This document shows, in pieces, positions 28,633 through 37,939 of a DNA stretch of 39,637 bases. The notes under the pieces are model-generated. The model was not told where the DNA came from, made no database searches, and saw only the letters and a program-made list of their open reading frames with translations. Where the stretch lies: the IMG/VR virus record IMGVR_UViG_3300009826_000009, positions 1 through 39,637 of that record; one strand, written 5' to 3'. The stretch is from a virus. Position 1 is the stretch's first letter; every line of letters starts with the position of its first letter. Position numbers and translations under genes: made by a program.

Positions 28633-31600
28633 CAGATTTTCCCTGCCTGCTGCTCGAACCGGGCCATAGCGAATATCCGCCTGTGGTCTGCCTCCTCCTT
28701 CACGACGTAGTTCTCGATCTGCACCGCCGGGCCCGAGCGCTGCTGCCCCGCTGCTGGCGAGAGCGAATCACCGCGCCCGCCGTCGAACATGCCGCGCCAC
28801 CCGGCGGGCAGCGGGATCACCGCCTCATCGCGCCCGCCCTCGCCGGCGAGGATGTGCCGGCCGCCGGACGTGGCGGGGACGATGCCGCCCGCCGCGTAGC
28901 CGCCGCTGGGCAGGTTCAGCGGCGAGCCGTAGCGCGCGATCATGTATTTGATCCCCGCGACCAGGTTGTGCACGGGGTTCCAGATGTCGCCCATGCTCGG
29001 CGCCTTGTAGGCGTTGAAGGTCGGCTCGATCGTCTGCACCAGCCCCTTGGACGGGATGCCCGCCTTGGCGTTTGAGTCCCACAGGTTGATCGCGTGCGGG
29101 TTGCCGCCCGTCTCCTGCATCACGCGCGAGAACAGCGCGCCCATCCATGCCACCGGCCATTTGCCGTACTCCAGCGCCTGGGAGATCCAGTTGCGCACGC
29201 TGCCGGGCGGCACCGGGCCGGTCGGGGCGCCGCCTCCGGTGAGCGACTCGACGAACGTGTTCGCATCGGCCCACTGCTGTGCGACCTTGCGCACGTGCTC
29301 CATCACCTTCTTGGCGGTCCCGCCGAACCACTCGCCGCCGGTCTTCACGTCGGGAACATCCGGCAGCAGCACCGGCTCGGTGACGGCAAAGCCCCCGAAG
29401 TCGACGCCCTGACCGGTGATCGCCAGGTGGATGTGATTGGCGTGCCCGGCCCACGTGCCGGCGCCCCAGAAGCCGGGATCGACCTGCTTGCCCCACTTCA
29501 CCGACAGCGCCGGGTTGAAGATCCCCTCCGCGAGCGAGCGGAACATGCCCGACTGCATGATGTAGTTCGAGGCCCTGCCCATCGGGCCGCCCGGCCCCCA
29601 GGCGCCGCCGGAGAGGTCGACCGCCTGCCCCTTGCCGTGAAAGCCCGGGTCGCCCGGGCGGAAGGTCGAGGTGACCACAAGCCCGAACTGTTTGGTCAGC
29701 CGGTTCGCCGCCTCCTGCACCGCGCCGCCCAGCTGATAGCCGCGCACCGGCAGCCAGCCTTCGCGCAGCTGGTCCAGCATCTTCGGGCCCAGGCGCGCGG
29801 CGGCGCGCGCGGGGATCACGAACTCACCCGGTGTGAGCATCGCCGGCACGGTGTCGCCGCCCCCAGGCGTGCCCGGCACGCGCCCGCCGGAGGCGAACGG
29901 CAGCTTGATTTGGCTCTTGCCGATCCCCTGCAGGATCGGGTTCAGCGAGTCGCGCAGCTTCCGCGCGTAGCCGCGCACGATTCCCTCGATCGGCCCCTGC
30001 GCCTGGTCAAGGTGCCAGCGCAGCTGAAAGCTGGTGTTAAAGCCGCCGCTCGTCGCCGCGGCGACCATCGCATTCATCACGGCGGTGAAGCGCTGCACCA
30101 TCCCGTGGCTGATCTGATCGACATTGGTCGCCATCGAGCGCCAGATCGAGGTGAGCTGGTCGCGCATCCAGCCGGCGTTGAAGACGACCGCGTTGATCAT
30201 TGAAGACCAGCTGGAGCGCACACCGGCCGACAGGTTGGTGATGATCGCGATCAGCGTGCTCGCCAGCCCCTGCCAGATCGCCTGCAGCGCGGCGGCGAGG
30301 CTGGTGAGCGCCGAGCGCAAAAACGTCGCGTGCGCAAGCCACGCCGCCTGCAGCGCAGTGTGCAGCGCCGCGGTGCTCGCGCGCAGCTGCGCCCAGGCGC
30401 TGATAAACGTCGCGATCAGCGCCGCGCTGAGCGTCGCGGCGCTGCCCTGCACGCCGCTGGAGAGCCCGCTCCACGCCGAGCTCTCGGCGGCGGTGAAGGA
30501 GGCGGTGGCGCTGCCCATCGTGGCCAGTGCGCTCGCCTGGCCGGCGACGGCGAGCTCCAGCGCAGTCGCATAGCCCAGCGCGGCGTCGCCGGCAGCGGTG
30601 AAGGCGCTCTGCGCGGCCGCCTGGAAGTCCAGAAGGCCGCCGGCGTCGGGGGCGGGGCCGGTGGTGGCTGCCGGGGCAGTGGGCGCGCTCGGGGTGGCGA
30701 CGGTGGCCGCGGCGGCCAGCTCCCCGGCGGCCGAGACGACATCGCCGACGCTTGAGAGGATCCCGAGCGCCATGCCGGCGCCGACCTCTTCGCCGATCTC
30801 CATGAAGACCTTCGACGGCGAAGAGATACCCAGCAGTTTGCGGGCCCATTTGGGCAGCGCGTCGCCCAGCGCCGACTTCACCGCCTCCCACAGCTTGCCG
30901 GCGAAGTCCTTGATCCCATCGATCATCCCCTGCACGATGTTGCGCCCGGTGTCCACCAGCCACTTGGCCGCGTCGCCGAGCAGGTTCTTGATGTTGGAGG
31001 GCAGCTCGCGAAAGAACTTCCACACCGCCTCGGCGCCCGCGACGATCCCGTCTTTCAGTCCGGCGATCAGCTTGCGCCCGGTGTCGGCCAGCCAGCCGGG
31101 CGCGCCGGTGACAAAGCCCAGGATGCGGCCGGGCAGTGCGCGAAAGAAGGCCCACACCGCCTCGGCGCCGGCGGCGATCCCGTTGGCCAGGCCCACGAGC
31201 GTGCGCCGCCCAGTGTCGATCAGCCAGTTGCCGGCATTGACCAGCAGGTTGAGCACGCGGCCGGGCAGTGCGACAAACCAGTCGCGCACGACCGGCCAGG
31301 CGGCGACGATCCCGTCAAGCGCGCCTTTGATGATCGACTGGCCGGTCTCAAACAGCCACGTGCCGGCCTTCAGGACCAGGCCGAGGATGCGGATCGGCAT
31401 CAGCACGATCCAGGGGATGAACACGTTGAAGAAGAACCACTGCGCGCCGTCGAGCAGCCCTTTGATCATCGCCTGACCGGCTTGCACAAGCAGACCGGGC
31501 AGCGCCGCCAGCGCGGCAAGGATGCGCCCCGGCAGCGCTGAGAAGGAGCCGACGACCGTGTCGGGCAGGGCGGTGAAGAAGCCGACGATCGCATCGACTG

Positions 31601-33008
31601 CGTCGGAGAAGATCCCCTTCACCGTGTCCCACAGCTCGGCGAAGAAGCCGACGATCTTCTTCCAGTTGGTCGCGATCAAGAGCGGCACGCCGATGAACGG
31701 CGCCGAGGCGGCGATCGCGATGAGGATCGCCTGCCCCCACGGACCCTTCAGGAAATCGACGATCGCTTTGAAGTGCTTGACGACCAGGACCACGGCGGCG
31801 ACCAGCGCGGCGATGCCCGCGATCACGGCGGTGACCGGCCAGAAGGCGACGGCGGTGGTGGTCCCGAACAGCGTTGCGGCAACGCCGGCGATCTTGAACG
31901 CCACCGCCAGCGTGCCGAGCAGCCCCAGCAGCGTCATGATGATCGGCGTGGTCGCCGGGCCCAGCGCTTTCATCACGTCGACGACGACCTTGGCGACGTC
32001 GGCGAAGGTGCGCACCAGCGCGGTGGCGATCGGCTCCACGGCGACCTGCAGTGAGTGCCATGCGATCTTCATGCGCCCGGCGCCGGTGGCGGTTTCGGCG
32101 GCCGCCTTGTCGATCGTGTCGCTGCCGCCCGCGATCGAGCTGGCCAGGTCGTCGAATGACAGCTTGCCCTCGCGGATCAGCCCGGCAAGACGCGGGCCCG
32201 CGCGCGCGCCGAACACGTCCACGGCGGCGCCGGCCGCGGCGGTCTCAGACGGGGCGTTGCGTATTCGGTCAAAGATCTGGCCGAACATGTCGCGCGCGGG
32301 GATCCCGGCTTTGGCCGCCTCGACGATCACGCGGTTGAAGCCCATCTGCATCTGCGAGGCCGACACCCCCGCCTTGTCGAGCAGGCCGATCATCGCCGCC
32401 GACTCCTCATAGCCCAAGCCCAGCTGCCGCAGCACCACCCCCTGGCTGGACATCGTGTTGGCCAGCTGGGTGACGCCCACCCCGGTTTTCTGGAAGGTGC
32501 GATACAGCACGTCGAGCTTGGGCCCCTGCTGCTCGGCGCTGACACCCCAGTTGTTCATCAGCCCCTGGGTGGCCTTCAGCTGCGGGGCGAGCTCCTCCTT
32601 TGTGATGCTCGCCAGGCGCAGGTTCGTTCGCGCCAGGCTCTCCAGCGTCGGACCGGTCGCGCCCGACTGGCGGTTGAGCGTGGCGATCGTCTGCGTGACC
32701 TGCTCGAGGTTCTCCGGGCGGGTGGCGTAGACGCGCTTGACCGACTCGTTGAGGCCGTCCAGCGACTTGCCGGTCGCGCCGGTCTCGCGGCGGATCGTGT
32801 TGGAGGAGTCCTGAAACTGGGTGCCCAGCTTGTACAGCGCGGCGCCGGCGCCGACCGCGGCGACGCCGATGCCACCCCTTACGACCTTGGAGAGCCCGCC
32901 CAGGCCGCCCTCGGTCGACCAGATCCCGCGGCGGATGTTCTGCACGCCGCGATCGAAGCCCTTGGTGTCAGAGGTGAACTTCGTGGTGAGCGTGGCGATC
33001 GTGCTCAC
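28632..33008 (-). CDS. Tape measure protein with M15-like peptidase and SLT lytic transglycosylase domains
   Basis: 1458 aa from GTG 33008 (GTGA overlap with the gpT-like stop). TMP core, TM cluster and 44-aa repeats. STFRPGDPGFHGKGQAVDL...GHANHIHLA (~29400-29760). VMQETGGNPHAINLWDSNAKAGIPSKGLVQTIEPTF (~28915-29200). Confidence 0.93.
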   Translation of the reverse strand: MSTIATLTTKFTSDTKGFDRGVQNIRRGIWSTEGGLGGLSKVVRGGIGVAAVGAGAALYKLGTQFQDSSNTIRRETGATGKSLDGLNESVKRVYATRPENLEQVTQTIATLNRQSGATGPTLESLARTNLRLASITKEELAPQLKATQGLMNNWGVSAEQQGPKLDVLYRTFQKTGVGVTQLANTMSSQGVVLRQLGLGYEESAAMIGLLDKAGVSASQMQMGFNRVIVEAAKAGIPARDMFGQIFDRIRNAPSETAAAGAAVDVFGARAGPRLAGLIREGKLSFDDLASSIAGGSDTIDKAAAETATGAGRMKIAWHSLQVAVEPIATALVRTFADVAKVVVDVMKALGPATTPIIMTLLGLLGTLAVAFKIAGVAATLFGTTTAVAFWPVTAVIAGIAALVAAVVLVVKHFKAIVDFLKGPWGQAILIAIAASAPFIGVPLLIATNWKKIVGFFAELWDTVKGIFSDAVDAIVGFFTALPDTVVGSFSALPGRILAALAALPGLLVQAGQAMIKGLLDGAQWFFFNVFIPWIVLMPIRILGLVLKAGTWLFETGQSIIKGALDGIVAAWPVVRDWFVALPGRVLNLLVNAGNWLIDTGRRTLVGLANGIAAGAEAVWAFFRALPGRILGFVTGAPGWLADTGRKLIAGLKDGIVAGAEAVWKFFRELPSNIKNLLGDAAKWLVDTGRNIVQGMIDGIKDFAGKLWEAVKSALGDALPKWARKLLGISSPSKVFMEIGEEVGAGMALGILSSVGDVVSAAGELAAAATVATPSAPTAPAATTGPAPDAGGLLDFQAAAQSAFTAAGDAALGYATALELAVAGQASALATMGSATASFTAAESSAWSGLSSGVQGSAATLSAALIATFISAWAQLRASTAALHTALQAAWLAHATFLRSALTSLAAALQAIWQGLASTLIAIITNLSAGVRSSWSSMINAVVFNAGWMRDQLTSIWRSMATNVDQISHGMVQRFTAVMNAMVAAATSGGFNTSFQLRWHLDQAQGPIEGIVRGYARKLRDSLNPILQGIGKSQIKLPFASGGRVPGTPGGGDTVPAMLTPGEFVIPARAAARLGPKMLDQLREGWLPVRGYQLGGAVQEAANRLTKQFGLVVTSTFRPGDPGFHGKGQAVDLSGGAWGPGGPMGRASNYIMQSGMFRSLAEGIFNPALSVKWGKQVDPGFWGAGTWAGHANHIHLAITGQGVDFGGFAVTEPVLLPDVPDVKTGGEWFGGTAKKVMEHVRKVAQQWADANTFVESLTGGGAPTGPVPPGSVRNWISQALEYGKWPVAWMGALFSRVMQETGGNPHAINLWDSNAKAGIPSKGLVQTIEPTFNAYKAPSMGDIWNPVHNLVAGIKYMIARYGSPLNLPSGGYAAGGIVPATSGGRHILAGEGGRDEAVIPLPAGWRGMFDGGRGDSLSPAAGQQRSGPAVQIENYVVKEEADHRRIFAMARFEQQAGKI
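30860..31530 (-). repeat. In-frame 132-bp (44-aa) tandem repeats inside the tape measure gene
   Basis: ccacaccgcctcggcgcc recurs at 31020 and 31152, gggcagtgcg at 31131 and 31263. Protein unit: W.FF.ALPGRIL...WL.DTGR..I.GL.DGI.AGAEAV, at least 4 copies. Boundaries approximate. Confidence 0.7.
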
Positions 33009-33280
33009 TGCCGGCGCGCCCCCTTGGTCCTGGCCATCAGCTCCAGGAAGTGGCCCTTGACCTTCTCGGCGACCGCGGCTGCCGAGCGCCTGCGCCCGGC
33101 GTCCTCGCCCCAATTGGGGATGAGGTCAATCGGCGCGACTACGCGCGAGCGCTTGGGGTCGCGATTGACGTTGAGGATCGTGGCGGCGATCATCGACACC
33201 CGCCAGTCCTCGCGTTCGGGCCCCAGGCCGCCCTCCAGCACCTGGAAGGCGCGCCACTCAGCGAACTCCGCCGACGACAT
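33005..33280 (-). CDS. Tail assembly chaperone frameshift extension (gpT-like); expressed as a G-T fusion spanning 33005-33783
   Basis: The ORF is in the -1 frame relative to the gpG-like gene and stays open upstream through the slippery site at 33361-33367; its stop overlaps the TMP start. Confidence 0.7.
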   Translation of the reverse strand: MSSAEFAEWRAFQVLEGGLGPEREDWRVSMIAATILNVNRDPKRSRVVAPIDLIPNWGEDAGRRRSAAAVAEKVKGHFLELMARTKGARRQ

Positions 33281-33297
33281 GCGCTGTTGCAGCTCCC

Positions 33298-33783
33298 CTA
33301 CGGGGATATGGAGACAGACGGCGAGCCGGAACCAGTCTCTGCGCTCCGGTCGCCGTTCGAGTTTCCCGTGAGCTCCTCCACGTCCTCGTCGGTCAGCTTC
33401 GACAGCCGCTGGCAGACCTCGAAGATGGGCTGCAGCGTCGTGGCGGCTTTCTGGCCGAGCGCGAGCACGTCCTGGTCGCGGTAGACGCGCTTGCCGTTGG
33501 CGTCGACCACCGAGCGGGCGATCAGCTTCGCGCGCAGGTTCGCCAGATCGGGCGGGAGCCGCTTGCCGTTGCGGTCAAAGCGCACCGTGGCGGCCTCCCA
33601 CGCGTCGCGCTCGGTACCGCTCAGCCCCTTGATGTGCAGCGTCGTCTTCCACTCGGGCACATAGACGTCCTCGGTCGGGCAGTCGTCGATGCCAAGGCTC
33701 GCCGCGCGGATCGCGGCGGCTTCGTCGAGTGCCTCGCTGCCGCTCGGCGGCGGCGGCCCTGCGGCGGTGTCGAGCTCGCTCAT
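33298..33783 (-). CDS. Tail assembly chaperone (gpG-like)
   Basis: 161 aa between the major tail and tape measure genes; acidic C-terminus. Confidence 0.8.
   Translation of the reverse strand: MSELDTAAGPPPPSGSEALDEAAAIRAASLGIDDCPTEDVYVPEWKTTLHIKGLSGTERDAWEAATVRFDRNGKRLPPDLANLRAKLIARSVVDANGKRVYRDQDVLALGQKAATTLQPIFEVCQRLSKLTDEDVEELTGNSNGDRSAETGSGSPSVSISP
33320..33367 (-). promoter_or_regulatory. Programmed -1 ribosomal frameshift signal: G GGA AAC heptamer plus downstream hairpin
   Basis: GGGAAAC at 33367-33361 in X XXY YYZ phase of the G frame. After a 6-nt spacer comes the stem GGCGA-CCGGA/TCCGG-(C)-TCGCC (33354-33320). Confidence 0.7.
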
Positions 33784-34331
33784 GGCGTCACCTCATAGGT
33801 GCCGGGGCCGGGGACGCTCGCGCTCTGTTCTTCGGGTTCGGCGTCCTCGGCCGCCACGAACTCCGGCGAGCCCGAGATCTTCAGCTCGAAGGAGCCCTTC
33901 ATCACGTCCTTGACCGGCGCGGTGAGCTGGTAGGAGATCAGCGACGCCAAAAAGCCGACGGCCGTGCCGTCCGGGAAGACGACCCGCCACGGGGTGTTGC
34001 CCGCGGACTTGAAGTCCTCCAGCAGGCTGCCCTGCGGGTGCTCGGGGTCGGCCAGGTACTTGGGGATCGCGTTGAGTTCAAAGCTCGCCGAACCCCAGTC
34101 GATCAACCCCGGGATCGACTCGACCGAGAAGCCCGGGGAGCGGTGGTTTGTCACCTCGACGGCGTCGCGGCTGGCGTCCCACGGGGTCAGATCGGTGACC
34201 TCGCCGATGTCGGTGAACGTCGCGGTCTCGGGGTCTGAGCCCTCGCCGCGCTGCAGGCTGGTGGTGTAGCCGAGAACCGCCTCGGTCGGGTGCTGGCCGG
34301 GGTCCTCGACCGGGATTGCTACTGGGGACAT
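33780..34331 (-). CDS. Major tail protein
   Basis: 183 aa from ATG 34331 with RBS AGGAGG; its position and the pattern FTDIGEVTDLTPWDASRDAVEVTNHRSPGF..PGLIDWGSASFEL are typical of siphovirus tail tube proteins. Confidence 0.8.
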   Translation of the reverse strand: MSPVAIPVEDPGQHPTEAVLGYTTSLQRGEGSDPETATFTDIGEVTDLTPWDASRDAVEVTNHRSPGFSVESIPGLIDWGSASFELNAIPKYLADPEHPQGSLLEDFKSAGNTPWRVVFPDGTAVGFLASLISYQLTAPVKDVMKGSFELKISGSPEFVAAEDAEPEEQSASVPGPGTYEVTP

Positions 34332-34333
34332 GC

Positions 34334-34765
34334 CTAACCTCCTGTGGACGAGACATAGGGTGAGTAGAACGTCAATGCGATCCTGCGATGCCTGCCGTCG
34401 GGGTCGCGCCCCGCGCGCGACTGCTCGCGCAGGATGTGCACGGGGGCAAAGCCGTCGAGCACCAACACGGCGTGAGAGAGCCGCCGCACGATCTGGCCGG
34501 CGATCTGATTGCCCTCGCGATAGCCGCGGTAGTCCGACCAGACATCGAGCTGAAACCAGACGCGATCGGCGGTGCCGTTGAGCGTGTCGCGCTCGGCTGA
34601 CCACGCCGCGCCCCAGGTCACATACGGCGGCGAGGTGTCCTCGGGCACGTGGTCATAGACGCCCGCGACCCCGTCGAGCAGCTGCTGCAGCGTGGGCATC
34701 AGCACACGCTGCAGCTCAGACAGCGCCTCGTCGCCGTGCAACAGCGGTGCTGAGATGGCGCTCAC
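34334..34765 (-). CDS. Tail terminator / tail completion protein (DUF3168-like pattern)
   Basis: 143 aa from GTG 34765 (GTGA overlap); VYDHVPEDTSPPYVTWG...VWFQLDVWS. Confidence 0.6.
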   Translation of the reverse strand: MSAISAPLLHGDEALSELQRVLMPTLQQLLDGVAGVYDHVPEDTSPPYVTWGAAWSAERDTLNGTADRVWFQLDVWSDYRGYREGNQIAGQIVRRLSHAVLVLDGFAPVHILREQSRAGRDPDGRHRRIALTFYSPYVSSTGG

Positions 34766-35124
34766 TTGATCTTCTTCCTGGACTGCTTGAGCATCACGTC
34801 GCCGTGCACGCTCTCGGCGGCAGACGCGGCCGGGCGCACGAACGGCTGCGCGGCGTCCTTGTGGGTGCCGAACTCGACGTGGCCCAGGTAGGGCGTTGAG
34901 TCCTCTTCGCCGACGATCACCTCGGTGCGAAAGGCGTTGTGGCGCTCGACGCGGATTGTGCTCGCCAACCGCCCTGAGTCTTCGGGCACATTGGCGCGCA
35001 TCTCCTCGGCGGCCTGCTCTGCCAGCTGGGCGTGCCCGCCAGCGGCGGCGTCGACCAGGTCGCGGCTGAGCTTGGACAGGCGCTGCATTGCCGCCGCGGC
35101 GCCCTTGACCTCGGCCTCGGCCAT
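34762..35124 (-). CDS. HK97 gp10-family neck/tail-completion protein
   Basis: 120 aa from ATG 35124 (TGATG overlap); ..STPYLGHVEFGTHKDAAQPFVRPA.. Confidence 0.7.
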   Translation of the reverse strand: MAEAEVKGAAAAMQRLSKLSRDLVDAAAGGHAQLAEQAAEEMRANVPEDSGRLASTIRVERHNAFRTEVIVGEEDSTPYLGHVEFGTHKDAAQPFVRPAASAAESVHGDVMLKQSRKKIK

Positions 35125-35483
35125 CAGCCGGCCTCCTGCGGTTCGGCCTGCCACTCGCGCACCTCGGCGCGGTCGTATTCGCGGATCGAGGGCCACGTGA
35201 CCGCCTCGACCCACAGCTTGCGGTCGAACTCATCGATGAGCACGTCGCCGCGGCGCACCCCGGAATCCGGCTGCAGGTAGACATAGAACGGGACGCGCTC
35301 CAGCGTCTGCGCGGCCGCGAGCGTCCCCTGGGTGCTGCTGGTCGGCGGCGAAGAGACGCGCGCCGGCAGCTGCATGATCGTCTCCCACTCGATCTGCTGG
35401 CCGCCCATGCCGTCGTCGCTGGTCTGGCGGCGACGGACCGCCACCGTGCTGTTCAGCAGGCGGCTGATCGCGGTGGTCGCCAT
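35124..35483 (-). CDS. Head closure / head-tail joining protein
   Basis: 119 aa from ATG 35483 (TGATG overlap); STVAVRRRQTSDDGMGGQQIEWETI pattern. Confidence 0.6.
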   Translation of the reverse strand: MATTAISRLLNSTVAVRRRQTSDDGMGGQQIEWETIMQLPARVSSPPTSSTQGTLAAAQTLERVPFYVYLQPDSGVRRGDVLIDEFDRKLWVEAVTWPSIREYDRAEVREWQAEPQEAG

Positions 35484-36076
35484 CAGCGCCCCGTCCGCAG
35501 GATGTCCAGCGAGCGCTGCTCGGCCGGTGTGAGCTCGGCGCGCCCGCCGCGCGGCACCCACGCGCGACTCCAGTCGCCCAGGCGCTCGGACTGCAGCATC
35601 CCCGGGTTGCGGAAGGTCCGCGCCGCGACCTCCAGCGCCACCTGGCGCGCGGCGTTCCACTGCGGCGACCGCGGCGCCCAGCCGTGGTCGTAGGTCACCC
35701 GCAGCGCGCGCGGGCGCTTGGGCCAGGGGATCTCCACACGGTCGTACCAGTAGCTGCGGCGCCGCCACAAGCAGCCGGCCGCGTTCCACTCGTAATCGAC
35801 CCCCGGGCGCAACTCCTCCTCGCCCAGGCACACGCCGCGCACCTCGCGCACCTCCAGCTCGGGCAGCAGGATCAGCGGCGAGCCGAGCCCGTCGAGCATG
35901 ACCTCGTCGCCCTCGATCACGTTGATCGTCTGGGCGACCTCGGCGCGCACCGCCTCAGAGCCCCACTCGCACAGCCACTGCGCCTGCTCTGAGTCGAGCT
36001 CCTCACCCCCGAGGGCGTGCCCGAGCTCGTCGGGGGTGATGAACGGGTCCAGCGTCTCGGTGGCGGTGCCGTTCAT
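35483..36076 (-). CDS. Head-tail connector/adaptor protein
   Basis: 197 aa; position downstream of the MCP; N-terminal ..ITPDELGHALG.. typical of gp6-like connectors. Confidence 0.55.
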   Translation of the reverse strand: MNGTATETLDPFITPDELGHALGGEELDSEQAQWLCEWGSEAVRAEVAQTINVIEGDEVMLDGLGSPLILLPELEVREVRGVCLGEEELRPGVDYEWNAAGCLWRRRSYWYDRVEIPWPKRPRALRVTYDHGWAPRSPQWNAARQVALEVAARTFRNPGMLQSERLGDWSRAWVPRGGRAELTPAEQRSLDILRTGR

Positions 36077-36288
36077 TGCTTGGTCTCGTGCCCTCCCGCC
36101 TGGGCGCGCGGCTGGTGTGCGCGCGCCTGGGGCTCTGAACGGGGCTTGTGCGCCGCTCGCTCCACCCGCTCGGCCGCCTTGCCGGCCCGCTTGTAGCGGG
36201 CCACCTTCTCGGGCGCGACGCGGAGCTTGGTTTTCAGCCCCTCCGGGGTGGTGTAGTCGATGGTCTGCAATTTGGCTCGCTCAGCCAT
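36073..36288 (-). CDS. Hypothetical protein (71 aa; the track ORF extends to GTG 36414)
   Basis: ATG 36288 is preceded by GGAG; codons between 36414 and 36288 include rare CAA CGA TTG AGA and hairpins, so that stretch is probably untranslated. Confidence 0.55.
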   Translation of the reverse strand: MAERAKLQTIDYTTPEGLKTKLRVAPEKVARYKRAGKAAERVERAAHKPRSEPQARAHQPRAQAGGHETKQ

Positions 36289-36420
36289 GAGTCTGTGCTC
36301 CAATCGTTGGTCGACTCCGACGATGTCGGTTGGGCCCCCGCACGAGTAGCCGGGCGCCCCGCAGATCGGGCATCGCCGTTCTCCGAAGATCCGCCGCGGC
36401 CACTCGTGCAGCACTTCCCA

Positions 36421-37737
36421 TCACGCTTTGGTCTCGATCTTCACGAACGCGCTCGGGCGGATCACGCCGAACGCCTCGCGCTGCTCACCGAGCACGGCCA
36501 GCAGGTTCTTGATGAAGAAATCGGCGTGGCTGTCTGACACGCTGATCGTCGCCTGCTGGCGGTCCCAGATCACGGCGCGGCGCCAGTCGCCCAGCCACGC
36601 CTCCCCCTCGCGGACGTACTGGGAGACGACGCGCGGCAGCCCCCACAGCCTGTTCGGGCCCGTGCCGAAGGGCCCAAAGCCGAAGAAGTTGCCTTCGCCG
36701 TCGCGTTCGAGGTCGATCTTCTCGTCGTCCTCGGGGTTGACCAGATAGGCGGTCGGCTGCGCGAAGCCACCGAACACCACCTTGGTGATGGCCTTGCGCA
36801 TGGTGACGAACAGGTCATCCTCGAACTCCTGTTCCTGCACCCCGCTGGTGGCGTCCAGCCCCTCGATGTCGCCGCCGCCGTACATCAGCGCGCGCTCCTC
36901 GGCATCGAACAGGTTCCCGCGCAGCTCCTGGTCGATCAGGCCGCGCAGCTGGCCGGCGTCCATCACCGCGCGCTTGGTGATCGGGATCCATTCGGCCACC
37001 GTGCCCACGGGCGCGACCACAACCTCGAAGTCGAAGCCACCCATCGGCTTGATGGCCTCCTCGTCATCGATGGTCTTGGCCTCCGGCACCCACTCGGCGT
37101 TGATCACGCGGCTGAGCTGGCGCACGTAGTTGACCGTGTCCGAGGCGGTGGTGCGCACCGACACCAGGTTGCGAATGCGCACTTCCGGGCGGCCGAGCAG
37201 GTCGACCAGCCCCTGGTAGTCGGGTACGACCAGGCCACCGGCACCGGCGGTGCCGGTGATCGAGATCAGCCCGCCCTCGCCACCCCCCCCGCCGGGGGGG
37301 ACCGGCGGGCCGCCTTCGCTTTCGGCCAGCGTGGGCAGCGAGACCGGCGCCATGTTCACGCGCGCGCGCTCGGGGATGTGACCTTCGGGCCACTGGCGCG
37401 CAAACGCCTGGTACTCGGGCGAGCCGACGAAGACGTCACCGAGGCTCTGAGCCCGGCGGCCGTTGTTCGCTCGTTCGCGTGCCGGCGCCGGCGGACCACC
37501 GTTGCCCGGTGGCATGCTGCCGAGCTCCGCTGCCATCTCGTGCAGCTGCCGGGTGACATCGTCGCCCTCGCGCTGCGCGTCCAGCTCGGCCTTGTACTCC
37601 TGCGCCTCAGTGAGCAGCCGCTGCACCTCCTGGCGGCTCTCGGCGGTCCAGCCATCCTGCTCTGCGCGCTCGGCGATCTGGCGCGCCTGCTCTGAACGAG
37701 CCTGAATCAGCTCGATCAGCTGCTGTATACGGTCCAC
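36421..37737 (-). CDS. Major capsid protein (HK97 fold) with N-terminal coiled-coil delta-like domain
   Basis: 438 aa; GTG with RBS GAGGAGG; ..GGLVVPDYQGLVDLL..IRNLVSVRTT..AEWIPITKRAV.. Confidence 0.92.
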   Translation of the reverse strand: MDRIQQLIELIQARSEQARQIAERAEQDGWTAESRQEVQRLLTEAQEYKAELDAQREGDDVTRQLHEMAAELGSMPPGNGGPPAPARERANNGRRAQSLGDVFVGSPEYQAFARQWPEGHIPERARVNMAPVSLPTLAESEGGPPVPPGGGGGEGGLISITGTAGAGGLVVPDYQGLVDLLGRPEVRIRNLVSVRTTASDTVNYVRQLSRVINAEWVPEAKTIDDEEAIKPMGGFDFEVVVAPVGTVAEWIPITKRAVMDAGQLRGLIDQELRGNLFDAEERALMYGGGDIEGLDATSGVQEQEFEDDLFVTMRKAITKVVFGGFAQPTAYLVNPEDDEKIDLERDGEGNFFGFGPFGTGPNRLWGLPRVVSQYVREGEAWLGDWRRAVIWDRQQATISVSDSHADFFIKNLLAVLGEQREAFGVIRPSAFVKIETKA

Positions 37738-37896
37738 GGTGGGGCCTCCTCGGAATCGTGTGGCGAGAACTACGTCGCCTCACGTGGTTCCTCGGCACCC
37801 CGGCGGTCCGGATCCGTGCGTTGACCGTGTGAGAACGTCTATCGAGTCGATGTCGCCATTCGGCGGCCCGATCCGCGCATCGACGATGTGCCGCTC

Positions 37897-37924
37897 AGAG
37901 TAGACCCTCAGGCGGCGATGTCAA
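37897..37924 (-). promoter_or_regulatory. Promoter-like element upstream of the capsid gene
   Basis: Minus strand TTGACA-16 nt-TACTCT starts 15 nt after the protease stop; followed by a ~150-nt hairpin-containing leader. Confidence 0.4.
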
Positions 37925-37939
37925 GCGAGGCGGTCGGTT

